Positions 22,915 through 35,581 of a stretch of 64,000 nt of DNA are shown here, in pieces. The translations under genes and the position numbers were made by a program. The stretch covers positions 323,268,001 through 323,332,000 of the forward strand of contig OZ024742.1 of the NCBI GenBank assembly GCA_964016885.1, read 5' to 3'. Position 1 is the first letter of the stretch. Each line of letters begins with the position of its first letter. The stretch is from Eledone cirrhosa. Its lineage: Eukaryota. The notes under the pieces were generated by a model. It saw only the letters and a program-made list of their open reading frames with translations. It was not told the DNA's origin and made no database searches.

Positions 22915-25690
22915 TCTCATTAATAGTGGTTTGCTCTGAAAAGAGCAATTAGAATAGAGTCCATTAGGTTTAGTAAGGCGTTAGTAATAGAGAAAAATAG
23001 AGCAGAGGGAGAACTAGTTAGAAAATTAGACGAGGCTCTTAGTAAAGGCATCGCGATCAACGTGCTTGTGGCGAAATTGGCCCTCGACCAACTTTTCAAC
23101 GCAAAGCATGAAAGCTGCGTGCTCTCAGACACGAGGGGACGAAAGCCGTTTGATGGGCCCGAGTGGCGGTGGCGCGTCGTGGCAACAAAGCCACGATCCA
23201 ATCTTTAGCGGACCATGACGGGCGCATGCTACTCGATCCCGCGCAAATGTGTGCGGCTTTTCAGCGACACTTTGCTCAGCTGTTCGGGGGCAGCGGCGGG
23301 CCGAATTTACTGCCTACCTCGACGGACTGCAGCGGCTCTCGGCCACTGAGGCGGAATGTTGCGAAAAGCCGATAACAGCTGCTGAAGTACGGGAGGCAAT
23401 GAATGGCTGCACAATGGGTAAATCGCCTGGTCTGGATGGTCTGCGCTACGAACTTTACGTACATATGCCAGGCTTGTTCGGAGACCTCTTGGTGGACGTC
23501 TACTGCAACTGGCAGCAGAACGGGAGAACACCCAGTTCTGTGAACCGAGGAGCGGGGGCGCTGCTGAGAAAGGATCCGAACAAGGGAGATAACAGATAAT
23601 TTCAGGCCCATAACTCTGCTAAACACAGAGTTCAAGATTTTGGCCAAGGTGCTAGCAAAGAGGTTGGCGCTTGTCGTTGGTGGTCTGTGGGAGAGGCACA
23701 GACATGCGCCATCGTTATCTGGCGGCAGTCCTGAGGGCGGCTGGCTTTGGGCTTGTCTTCAGAGGCTGGATTGCTGCCATGCACAGTGACATCTGCTCTG
23801 TGGTGAGAGTGAACGGTCACCTTTCGGAACTGTTCAACATCACGCGCTTGAGCCATTACTACACAAACTGGAGACGTTGAGGGGAGGGGGGCTATCGCGG
23901 GAACTAGGATGTGGAAGATCCGTGTCAGCATATGCAGACGATGTCACTGTAGTGGTGTCGAACGCCAAACATATCGAGACGATCGGCACTACACTAAGAG
24001 AATACGAGGTGGTGACAGGAGCAATGATCAACCAGGAAAAGTCAGTGGGCCTGCAGCTCGGCACTTGGAGAGGCAAATCCATGCCATCCAACAGCGTCGT
24101 CGGGCGCTGGACGGACGGACCGGTTAAATTGCTAGGGGTCTGGTTAGGTCCGGACCTCCAGACGGACAAAATCTGGGATGAGATGATGAGCAGGGTGGCT
24201 TCTCTCACCCAGAAATGGGCAGAGAGGAAGCTATCCAGGAAAGGTCGAGCAGAGGTGGCGAATGCGTACATTGCATCCGTCATATACTACTGCCTGACCG
24301 TTGTGTCTTGTCCTAAGCCCCGCCTGACTGCGCTGGAACGTTTGCTTGGAGACTGGAATGTCTTCAGGTGCTCACAGCCCTCGACCAGTCGGGCAATGCG
24401 ATCGGTGGAAACTCCACCTTGGCGTTCTATAGAGGATTAGTGGAGGAGAAAGCTCCAAACGCACCCTTGCTCCCCCCCCCCCCCCCCCCCCGAGAACCTT
24501 TGCTCAACACAATCGACCGGCACGTCAACCAAAACTTGCCCCCTTCTCCCCTTTAAAAAAACAATAACACCCTATTGTTTTTAATCATATTGGATAATAT
24601 CTTATACATGGAGGCACATGGCTTAGTGGTTAGAGCATTGGCCTTGCAATCAAATGGTTATGAGTTCAATTCTCAGACCGGGTGATGTGTTGTTTCCTTG
24701 AGCAAGACACTTTATTTCAGTTTACTCAGCTGTAGAAATGAGATGATAGGAACTGGGGTTCATATCATTCCACTGCAAAGTGGTCGTGGAGATACCACAG
24801 CAAAAAGCACCTAACCTACACTGTAAAGTGGACGTGTAGGCGTCATGGAAAAAAAGCACCCAGCACTCACTGTAAATGAGGTTGGTGTTAGGAAGGGCAT
24901 CCAGCTGTAGAAATCAAGCCAGAATCAGTCCCGTCCCACCCTTGCAAGCAGGGAAAAGCGGACGTAAAATGATGATGATATATTATAGCTTACACCACTC
25001 TTGCCAAAAAACAAGATTGTTAGAGTACCCTTGATAATACGTCTGTTCGACCAAGACTGACTTCCTTTTTTTAATTAAAATCGTTTAATCAAAACACCCG
25101 GTACATTTTTCTTGTGGTTGCATCATACTTGATGGTGTGTGTCTATATACATACTTGCTACAGTATGTGTACTTGTATTCTTGTGAGTGTGCATGTACAT
25201 ACCTGTTAATGTATGTGTTTATACAAAAATGGACTAGCCAATCTCTTCGGGAGAACTTTCGGGCCGGGGACTATGGACAACTTCCAGAAATCCCTGGCCT
25301 GGCAGTGCTACCGAGGAGCTTTGCCAGTTCGGGATAAACTTTACAGGCATGGAAGTGCCGTCAGCCGGGCATGTCCGAGATGCTCGCAAGGCGACGAGAC
25401 CGTCCTGTATGCACTCGTCCAGTTTCCGAGCATTGCTGACTTGTGGGTTTATGTCGAACACCTGCTGTCATGTGTAGCACGGAACTGGCTATCAGCTGAG
25501 TCCATCGTGAGGACTGCCCTGCCCTCTACCTTTAGCTGGGAAGGGCAGGCAGTTTTTATCTGTCTGGTGGCCATGGCGAAAGAGATAGTGTGGTGGACGC
25601 GTTTGAAAGGGCTGAAGACGAGCACTTACCTTTTCGGTGATGCCCTGATTAACTTTTTAAAATTTCATTTGAAAAGGAAAATCAATTTGA
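22915..25690 (+). mobile_element. Tx1/L1-clade LINE ORF2 relic, split by a composite insert at about 24446-25224
   Basis: EKPITAAEVREAM..GKSPGLDG, NFRPITLLNTEFKILAKVLAKRL, SAYADDVT, GAMINQEKS and a C-terminal zf-RVT-like region (ALPVRDKL..CPRC..DETV). Frameshifts and deletions present; GC-rich relative to the host DNA. Confidence 0.88.
24608..24980 (+). mobile_element. tRNA-derived SINE (same family as 36875-37216)
   Basis: Same head, core and tail, with one extra internal tandem unit. Confidence 0.88.
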
Positions 25691-26689
25691 GAACTAGCGG
25701 CTCTACCTGGAGTGACTCTCTGATCTCCGAGCCACACACTCTATTGAGCAATGCACTCTATCAAGCAACGTTACCCCAAAGAGTCCCCAGAGGAACCCCA
25801 CCCAACCACCTGCATTTGCGATTGCATTCCCTTGAGATTTTGTCATAGAAAATACAGGGTTAGAAATTTTCTTTCTGTGGACAGAGCAGGAAGTGTAAAA
25901 AACTAGGTTTTCCAGCTTACAAAATGTAAGTTGAAATTATCTTATTTGGGAGAATGAGGTGCATAACTTGGAGAAGGTGCACATTGTAGGACTAGTTTAG
26001 GGTGCTAAATATTCAGGTGCCAGTCCTATAGTTAGTAAACATTTTTTTAAAATTTGATAGATGCAGGCATGGCAGTGTGGTTAATGAGTTCACTTCACAA
26101 CCATAGAGTTCAGTTCTGCATGGTACCTTGGGAAAGTGACCTACTATAGCCTTGAGTTGATCAATGTCTTGTGAGTGAAATTTGGTATATGGAAACTACA
26201 AAAGCCTATGACATATGTGTGTGTGTGACTATGTCTGTCTTTACATTTATATTTATGTATTTATATCCCATAACTTAGCAGTTTGACAATAGGAGATCAA
26301 TAAAATAAATACGAGACTTGAAAAAATAAGTGACGGGCTCGACATAATCAAATTTAAAGTGGTGCCCTAGCATGGCCTCAGTCTAATAATAATAATAATG
26401 AAATTATTGTGTAAAGTGCTCAGGTGCACTACAACTCGTCAAAGGTGTATGTATAGTACATAGAATAATACACAAATGTCAGGGAAGTACATGTGTGTAT
26501 GTGTCTGAAACTAGTAAAAGAATAAAGGTCAGTGACATATGTAAATATTCCATTCATGGGATTGAGTTATTCTTGTGGTTAATATTTGTAATACAAGTTT
26601 TCAACTTTTAAAATATTTTAAAAATGTATTCAAAGAAAATCAGCTGATTTACAAAGTTGCAGAACTCTTCCAGATTGAGTAGGCCACTG

Positions 26690-28300
26690 ATGTTAGGCAC
26701 AAGCAAAGCAATAATTCAGTCCCTCAAGAATTTGGCACTTGCAGAAAGTAAGCAACACTTTTGAGTATTGATCAACTTGATCAATGAGAAAACTGAAAAT
26801 GTCTCTTGAATGTAAGTTGCCATGAACTCTCTGCTTCAATCTATCCTGCTCTGAACTAGGAACTGAAAATCCCAGCTCCCTCCATTTTAATAAAGATTCA
26901 TCCAAATACCTGTTGGAGCTAATCTATGTTGGAAAGGAATGGATGTCACCCACTAGAGGAGAGCAAGCATGGATAGAAGAAAGAAAGCATGTTAGAGAAA
27001 GGGAATAGCATTTACATAGAACTAAGCCCCTAAATCATTTGAGTAATGCAGCCTGGTTATGGGATTCTGGAAAAAGTCTGGTATTAACCAAGCTTTCAAG
27101 TTTCCCAAAGATTAGGTCATCAAAACATTACGGACATGACAAGAATTTATATAAGGGACTGGCACTAAGCATATACAATATCTTAGGAATTGATAGGTCA
27201 TTTTTAAGTATAAAAACTTAAATTAGGCTCAATTACATAAGTGTGTTGAAGTAAGTGCTCATGATTTTCTAACTTGACGAGTATAGTGGGCTCAGTTATT
27301 AGGGCCCCTAGGGAGCACCATGCTGATGTGGGAGAGACTGCAATGGAAGGAAAGGATTTGGGGAACAGATCTACTGTTAGATGATGCTGTGAAGTTGGGT
27401 GGCAGAAGATCCAGAGTTTTCATCTGAAACTGTTGACTTAAAATCATTGCCTTCATAGTAGCAAGAGTCTTACCAGGGTTTCCCCCCAAACAAGAACCAT
27501 CAAGATTCAAATCTAGGTCATCCTCCATCTTACTAACATCATTGATATCCAATGCAAATGGAGCAGACCTAAATGAGTCACCTTGTTGAACTCCTGAATC
27601 AGATAGGATGAATTGGTCACTAAAGGAGGAAATATAGGAGGGCTCTTGATAAGTCTGCTAAGCAAAACAGTAGAGCTCTGGGGCCCTTTTTTCACTGAGC
27701 TGGATAATATCACATCTGCTGGAATTGATTGTGTTCTTCAGATCAAGTTTGAAGACAACCTTGGTTGACTCAGAAGACATGTGAATGAATGTTCTAGGAG
27801 TATGGGCAGCTGCCTCACATACTAGAATGGTGTTCACCCCCAGCTGAAAAGAGTAAAAATGGAAGGCTATTGTTTAGACCTGGATAAAATCTGAAGATGT
27901 ATTGGAAAAAGCCAAAGTGAGTAATCAACACAAAAACCTTTACTATAATGTTTAGCAATATACTACACATGGCCACGAAAAGACCAGTAAGAACATCTCT
28001 CAAGTGGAAACCAGAAAGAAGGGGTAAACAGAAGGTGAGGCAGACATGGGCCAGGCCTGGGAGTAGAGTTCTGTTGGCTTATGAGCATGTTGAGGGAAGA
28101 TCTCTTATTGCTTGATGATTTATAGAGAGTAGAAGGAACAAACATCCCCGATTGAATAGACCCCTGATCAGAGGTGTTATAACCATGACCATCCTGTCTG
28201 TTTTAGGTATTGCATATATAGGATGGAATTGTCCAATGCATTTCTCTTTTTTGAAGATGATAAGCTTCATTCATAGTCCCGTGATTTGAAGAAGATTGAA
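26690..28300 (-). mobile_element. Highly degenerate non-LTR retrotransposon, possibly CRE-like
   Basis: Minus-strand fragments in collinear order: RDVLTGLFVAMC, ILSSSVKKGP, LDLNL, LKNDLSIPKILYML, QAALL..GL, CFLSSIHACSPLVGDI. These recall CRE-type RT C-terminal motifs (recognised from memory). Confidence 0.45.
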
Positions 28301-29779
28301 CTGCTATCCTTAGCAGATCAAACAACCACATAAAAACTCTGTTTTTAGCTCATGGATTAGTGTTGTATACCTGAATGTTTTCCTGGCTTGTAATACTGAG
28401 ATCACTTCCTATAGAGATTGGAGAAGAAGGCAATATACGGATAGAGGGAGATGAGTTATTATTGTGATACCAGCGCGAAATCAGACGAGAATGGTTTCAA
28501 ATATTGGCATCTTACCCTTGCAACAATAACAGCAGACGTTACCTGTTTTTGGCATTTTTCCTAGCTGTAGAATGATTCAAGAAAGACGACACTCTCAGGA
28601 AGAAGAAGAATCGAAATTAACGATGTACATGAAAAATTAACCCGCAATAAAGCTACCAGTGTGTTGGCTTGCCTCAAAAAGTATTAGAGGGAGGTTCCCG
28701 CACTCCTTGTGGTGTATAGCCGATTGACAAACTTAGTGTTGGCTTAATATTTTTTTCGTTTTGATTTTATATTTTCATATGATTAAGTAATATATGTGTG
28801 TGTGTTGAATTTCGACACCTACTGCATTTTCTTTATCATTTTTGTTCATGATTTTATATTTTTGTGTCATTATACACGGTTTTAATAAAATATAATAAGT
28901 CTAAGAAATTATAAAAACTATTCCGAAATAAAGTTCATATTTAGTTACTTAGTAAAAAAATTTCAAGCTATCTATTCATATATTGTTAACATATTTGTTT
29001 GAGAAAAAAACGTGAACTTTGCTATTATATAATTTCGTTCAGATTATTTACAGATAACAACAGATGCAGCAAACCAACATTTCGACGTCAGTCGGTACGA
29101 CCCGAAAGTTATTTCCACTTAGTATTTTCTCATCCCCTACTATTATCATCATTGTTTATTATTCATACCGCAGCAGTCCCCTCCCATCTTCCATTTTCAC
29201 ACCACTCCACTCAATATACTATTCTCCTAACTCTCTCTCCCCTCCATTTTACACTCCCTTTCACCCACTCTCACTCCCTTAACTTCCTCTTTTTGTCTCT
29301 CCTCTTCGTTTATTCCTTATCTTCTCCTTCGTGTACATATGTTCCCCTTTTTTTTCTTCCTCCTCCCTTTATACTTTTTTCCTCTCTTTCCCTCTCCCTA
29401 TAGTCTTTCGATTTCTTTATGTCTTCCCCCGCTTCCTCTAGGACCTCTTACCAATACTCTATTTTTATCTTTTCTTTCTACGTATGCACCTTTCTATCTT
29501 TCTATATTCACCTTGTCTCTGTCTCTCCCTCCGCCTCACTCTCTTTTACTAACTGGCTCTTTCCCATTCATAATTCATTGATACGCCATCACACGCGGAT
29601 GTGTCTGCTCTTCCTTCACCTCACTGCACCGGCTAATTATAAGCAACCTCTAGAAGCTATGACCGGACAACACAACCGTATATTCCTTAGATAACTACCT
29701 GTCATTAGTAACTGTTTTTTTTTTCGCCCTCTATGCTATCCTACTGTTTTGCATTCCAGGTTCGCATTGCCGACTGACC

Positions 29780-29969
29780 ATGATTTACGAAATGTCTTTC
29801 GACAAAATCGGCGGCATTTTCAATAACTATTGCTGTTACATTGTGCTGGCGGCATATGTCCTTTTCGATGTCCACTACTTCGTTCGGGCAGTGCTCGTCG
29901 TCTTTGGTAATCTTATTCTCACTAAGCTGAAGGGTAGGAGAGATGTAATGGAGGAGGACATTTGCAAAG
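29780..29969 (+). CDS. THEM6: THEM6-like thioesterase, coding exon 1 (hydrophobic N-terminus)
   Basis: MIYEMSFDKIGGIFNNYCCYIVLAAYVLFDVHYFVRAVLVV...RRDVMEEDICK resembles the THEM6 N-terminus (LLDVWYLVR...RDLL). Acceptor ttccag ends at 29759; donor G|gtacgt at 29970, phase 1. Confidence 0.85.
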
Positions 29970-31065
29970 GTACGTATATTTCCTACAGAGAGAGAGAGAG
30001 AGAGAGAGATCTTTGTTCTTGTAGTCACAGCAGTAGTTTCTGTCGCTTATTGATTGCTGTTGTCATTATGTTGCTTCTAGGTCTGTTAGAAATAGCGAAA
30101 CCCTGCTTAAATCACATCATACCGTCTCCAGTGAAGAACAGTACATTGAACAATAATATACAAAATGACAGGATGGTCATTAACGGACTGTTTTTGATCA
30201 TAGGTCTGCTCGATAGCGGCTGACTTGGAGCTAAATATAACATTCACCATTTATTAATAACAATATTGTAATTATTTGAACCTAAATTGTCTGTATATAT
30301 TGTAGAGCTAAAGCTCCCGGCGAATGAAATTCGCTACACGCTTTCTAGATATTTAATCAAAACATTCAGTATATCGGATCGGCTGATTTTACTTACACTT
30401 CAATATATAAGATTTTTCCCCATCGCAGCAGCTATAGTATTATCTTTAGGAAAGGCATAAACATCAACTACCTCATTTACTTACATTACGTTTCTGTGGT
30501 CTTGAAAGTGTTCTCTTATTTTTTTAAAATATATGAATATTTTTTTCACGGCAGTGGAGTTGGACATAGCCCATCTAAATTGATATTGCCTTTTATCCTT
30601 CAGAGATCGATGAAATAAAACATATAAGGTTATGAACTGCACTGGAACTTTCCATGTCCTATTTATAACGTCATGTCGATGTTAAAAGAAAATCATAGCA
30701 GATAAGCTTTGAAAGTAAAATCAGTCGGTCTGATGTACCGGGTGTTTTGATTAAACGCTTGTAATTAAAAAAAGTAAATGGAAAAAAGAAAAATATACAG
30801 TATTTGCCGTATTTGCACAAACATGTGGAGAAATAATTTTAAGAACATTGATTGTCTTGACTTTTCATCAGTAGAAAGATTATAGGATTTTACAGAAATT
30901 ATAATAATAATAAGGGAGTATCGGTAGAAGGTCGGACGCCATGCGTTGACGCATAGAGTTACGGCCCTTGCCATTCTGAGTTCAAATCCCGTCGACGTCG
31001 ATAAAATAAAGTACCAGTAATGCACTGGGTTATTGCTGGCCTTGTGCCGAAAGAAGAAACAATTA

Positions 31066-31266
31066 TAATAATAATAATAATAATGAAATTATTGTGTACA
31101 GTGCTCAGGTGCACTACAACTCGTCAAAGGTGCATGTATAGTACATAGAATAATATACAAATGTCAGGGAAGTGAATAGTGTATGAGTCATGATATACAT
31201 GTGTGCGTGGGTATGGAGGAAGAATATTAGGTGTAGTGTTGGCTAATCTCAGGAAGCATGGAGGTT
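31066..31266 (-). mobile_element. LINE 3'-end fragment with (ATT)n tail
   Basis: aataataatgaaattattgtgtacagtgctcaggtgcactacaactcgtcaaagg..., near-identical to 26386-26488. Confidence 0.65.
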
Positions 31267-31270
31267 TTAA

Positions 31271-31475
31271 CCCTTTAGCATTTACATTACTCCATATATA
31301 CTATTGTATTTTTGTGCTAAAGGCGTTATTTTACATAATTATCTCACATAATATGAAATTTATGAGATTTTGATATTATTTATTTTAAGAACAATACCTT
31401 AATGAGAAGCTAGTTATGGCCGGTTTAAACAGAAAGAGGTGAGAGAATTCTGGCTGGTTACGGCCGGTTTAAATG
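31271..31475. mobile_element. piggyBac-like MITE, second copy with damaged right end
   Basis: TTAA|ccctttagcatttacattactc...gagaattctggc...ggtttaaatgc, homologous to 3940-4130. Confidence 0.8.
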
Positions 31476-32062
31476 CCTGAATGTTATTTCTAGTGTTTTG
31501 TTACTAGAGGGTGAAACACGATAAACTGCTATGGGTAACATTTTAAGTGCAGTGGGCCGTATAGAATGTGACTCATCATACGACTGGCTGCACGATTAAA
31601 AACTTCAAGGTAATTTTGAAATAAGGCATGCCATTCAGGAAGACAAACGGGTCGCAGCAAGGGTGCATTTGGGGCACACAGGAAGGTTCTTTACTTTGGT
31701 AAGTTTTATAAGCCATATTTGTACGTCTCTCAGACAGCCAGTGGGATTGCATTTGAATGAGTATGCAGACAACATAATTATGGTCTGACTGTAGCTGCAA
31801 GCAGTTGTGTACGTATGTCTATACATTAACTGGCAATTGAGATCCTAAAAATAGAAAAACCCACAGTCAACTGGGTCAAAGACACTTTGAGCGCAGCCAA
31901 ATAGAACTTGTCTCTCCTTGACCAATAATAATGTATTTCATGCATGAAGTTATTGACTCAACCGCAACGAGTTAACATTATGTAGATCTATTATATTCCT
32001 AATTGTATAAATAATATTACAAATAAAAAAAGAAAAAGGAAAACAGAAAAGAAAAACCACAG

Positions 32063-32385
32063 AAGCAGGTAGCACACACACCTAGCACCACATACAACAC
32101 ATAAGCAGGTAATACATACATCTAGGACCATATACAACACGCAAGCAGGTAATACACACATCTAAGACCACATACAACACAAGCAGGCAATACACACATC
32201 TAGGGCCACATACACCACACAGATAGGTAATACATACATCTGGGACCACATGCAACACATAAGCAGGTAATACATACAGCTGGGACCACATGCAATGCAT
32301 AAGCAGGTAGCACACACATCTGGGACCACATACAACACACACACAGGCAGGTAATACATACATCCAGGACCACATACAACACACA
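32063..32385 (+). repeat. Minisatellite, about 8 x 40 bp
   Basis: Unit aagcaggtaatacacacatctgggaccacatacaacacat with scattered substitutions. Confidence 0.9.
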
Positions 32386-32386
32386 T

Positions 32387-34031
32387 TGTATCGTGCTACG
32401 GACGGCGCAAGAGCAATGGTCGCCCAACATAAGGGTTTCGTCTCTTCTGAAGAGCGAAAATCCATCTGTATTTGCTGTTCATTGTGTCATTCATCGACAA
32501 CACTTGGCTGCGAAGAAACTCAGTGAGCCGCTGAGCAAGTCCTTGCAGGTGGCCATTGATGTCATTAATTTTATCAAATGCCATGCCCTCAATGAATGAA
32601 ATTTCCGGCAACTGTGCCAAGATAATGACGAAGAATTCGTTGAGTTGCTCCTTCATAATGAAGTGAGGTGGCTTTCAAAGGGCAAGTGCCTTATTCACTT
32701 CTTTGAACTGTTTGACTCTATCATTGAGTTTCTTTGAGGATGCAACACAGAACTGTGCAAGAAAACCCTCGATGTGAGGCAAAACTGCGCCTACCTCGTC
32801 GACATTTTCGACAAATGCAATAGCCTCATTATGGCTTTGCAGGGGGAGAAAATCGCCTTGATTAAAGCAAGGAATGCTGTGAAAACATTCCTGGCCAAAT
32901 TGAATGTCATTGAAAGGAATCTTTGTCGACAGGAATTCTATAATTCTCCTAGTGTCGCCAATGTCCAAAACATTGTGAGCAATGACCAACTCCAAATTTA
33001 TACTTTTCACCTCCGTGCGCTACAAGACAACATGAGAGAATGGTTTGTCGACCTTTTGCAGATGGACATCCCAATGTGGATAGCAGATCCCTTCACAGCT
33101 AACGTTGACGATTTGGACATTCAATTTCAGGAAGAATTCATTTAACTTCAAACAGATGACGATAAAAATTAGATTTTTCGAAATAGTTGAACACCTTTTT
33201 GGGATGCAAGAGGAATGATTTCCACACCTACATGCAGAGGCTAAGAAATTTGCTCTGCCTTTTCCAAGCTCATACTTAGTCAAGAGGAGGTTTGGCGCTG
33301 TTTCCAGACTGCACAGTAAGGCTCACAACTGCTACAATGTAATTACACGTGGAGATCTCTGGCTACGTCTTACGAAAATTCAGCCTGACGTCAAAGAGTT
33401 AGCTAGACTCCATGAAGCTCAAGGGTCCCTTTGAAATGAGGTCAAAGTAAGTCGATTTTTTATTTGTAGTTGCAGTCTGACTGGACTGGAAACCATCTAC
33501 CACAATTCACTTACTCATTTGTTGTATATATTTTACCATTTACTAATAAATATATCCTCCCACGTGGTCATGAAAACCCTCTTCCGTGGTCTTTAAGCTC
33601 ACAAAGCAGAGGGGACATCAAGTTAGATATCAACATTTATTCTATCCGTTTCATTAAAGGGAAAATTGGAAAGCTTTGAAATGATATAATTGCCACTTTC
33701 TTCCAGATATGAGCACTCTTTGGATAGATAGAGTTGCTCTTGTATAAATGTTCAAAATAGCTGGTAGGGAATATAACAAATTTAACTGGTCCTTATTCAT
33801 AAAAAAGAACATTTATGTTTCTCTTTTTGAAATTTATATACTTCCTTTCAAGGAATGTATTTATACTTTCAACTGCCTACAATGGTATCTTTGGAATATT
33901 ATTAATAAATTTTTTAGTAATCTACTGATACCAAAATCAGTAGTAAATTGAAAAATGGAAACATAGGGTAAGGGGTGCGTTTCGTGATTTTGAGGGGCAA
34001 AAGTTTGGTCTAAATGGGTTGAGAACCTATG
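32387..34031 (+). mobile_element. hAT (Buster/ZBED8-FAM200-like) transposon 3' half, transposase pseudogene
   Basis: TDGARAM, VHCVIHRQHLAAK, LLLHNEVRWLSKG, AYLVDIF, PFPSSYLV and C-terminal HEAQGS, with stops and frameshifts (to about 33434). Right TIR-like gttgagaacctatg followed by an 8-mer GTGTAGAG with central TA. Confidence 0.85.
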
Positions 34032-35031
34032 GTGTAGAGCAAAGGTTTTTTTTATTTACATGAATTTTCCCCCTGACTCCTCACTACAATTACTCTTCTC
34101 CTAGTTTATTATACGGCGATAATAATAATAATCGAAAGAGAGAAATGTTTATACATAGAGAAGAATGGATATGCTGTAGTGTATATATATTATGTTTTAA
34201 CTTGACTCACAGACCCCAGTTTGGGAACTGCTGGTATAAGGGTTCACTTGTTGGCACCCTTCTCACTGTTTAGGATAGGTAGATATTCTCAAATGATCTA
34301 AACACACTAACAAACACGAATCATTTGCTATGAGTTTGATTGCTGAACATTCCCTCATGTCGATCAATATGAGGGAATGTTCAAACCTTAAACCACAGTC
34401 CAGCAGTCAGTTCACCTAGCTGTCAGTAATAGGTAACAGCTTATGGGAGAATGTTCAACCCCAAATCATTGTCTACGAGTCAATTCACCTAGCTAGCATT
34501 AATAGATACCAGATCAATTTGGTGGTAGGCATGATAGGACTGTGACCCTGTCAGTAATCTTTTCATAACTATATCTCCTGTGAAATATATTGAATGTATT
34601 TCTATTAATTTTCGAAAATAAGATTTAGAAGAGTTATTAAAATAATTTTTTCATTAATTTGTTGTCTAGAAAACAAGTCATACATAGAATTCTGGTGGAA
34701 TATTTGAATTTAGATCTGGGAACTTTAAATTAAACCGCTTTATCAAAGAACCAGGCGGGTTGATATAAAAAATGTTAAAACAACCAAGAAATCTATATGA
34801 TGCAGTCTCACTAGAGACAGGTGTGAGCAGTAACAACATTAAGCCAGTAATAAGGTCTACCATTCAAAAACAGGTACAGTTCATCTGATGGGCTTCCATA
34901 GTTTCTTACTTAATTTTACTGTGTGTGCATATGTATATTTATATAGATATTTGCTACAATTGCTATCACTATCATCACCACTATCATATACATCAGTAAT
35001 TATCTTTGATTTTCTCTTCTCTTCCACTCAG

Positions 35032-35231
35032 CTATCTGCCTCACTACAGACATGGATTTTCAGTGGCATATGAACAATGCACGTTATCTACGTGAGTGTG
35101 ACTGTGCACGCTTATCCTTCTGGATCCGTAACAGCGGATTGCAGACAATGGATCGAATGCTAGTGAAGGCTTCAACGATCCGGTACAGGCGCTCTATCCA
35201 ATTATTTGATGTCTATTCCATTAAGACAAAG
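35032..35231 (+). CDS. THEM6: THEM6-like thioesterase, coding exon 2 (hot-dog fold motif)
   Basis: Polypyrimidine acceptor ctcttctcttccactcag. Reads (A)[26 protein letters not shown]...STIRYRRSIQLFDVYSIKTK, matching THEM6 [21 protein letters not shown]...RHRRSL. Phase-1 start matches exon 1; donor AAG|gtaaat is phase 0. Confidence 0.93.
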
Positions 35232-35581
35232 GTAAATGTTCTAACTGATAAATTTATTTGATATTTGTATCATTAAACTTTTTCATACCAAACTGCTGTT
35301 GGTTCTATGATACAAAGATGTATATTTTAAATTATCTAAATTTATCTAAAGATCTTCCATCATCATTTTTACATTTGCTTTCCCATTCTTGCACAGATTG
35401 GACAGTTCTTTTCTAGTACAGCTTTCCTCCACAATGAGAAAGTTAGTTACATTACTAACTCCCTTCAAATTCTTTATCATTGTCAAAATCATAGCTAGTG
35501 TCTTTCATTAGAAAGACGGTAATGAAAAATGTGAGGACAAATGTAAAAGCTATTGTTTAGCTTCATCGAGATATTCCATAT

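Noticed and set aside
28999-29694. Hydrophobic F/L/S-rich ORFs
   Set aside because: Translations of a pyrimidine-rich low-complexity tract, probably intronic.
29970-30223. C-terminal part of the 147-aa ORF at 29780
   Set aside because: Read-through into intron 1 (GA repeat). THEM6 similarity continues in the exon at 35032 instead.
25065-30775. Composite DNA transposon bounded by the two Tc1-like TIR matches
   Set aside because: The two ends face outward, so they do not enclose the intervening DNA as one element.
32063-32385. CRISPR-like regular repeats (also 48333-48870 and 13705-13812)
   Set aside because: Whole units repeat with scattered divergence. There are no unique spacers and no cas genes, and the context is eukaryotic.
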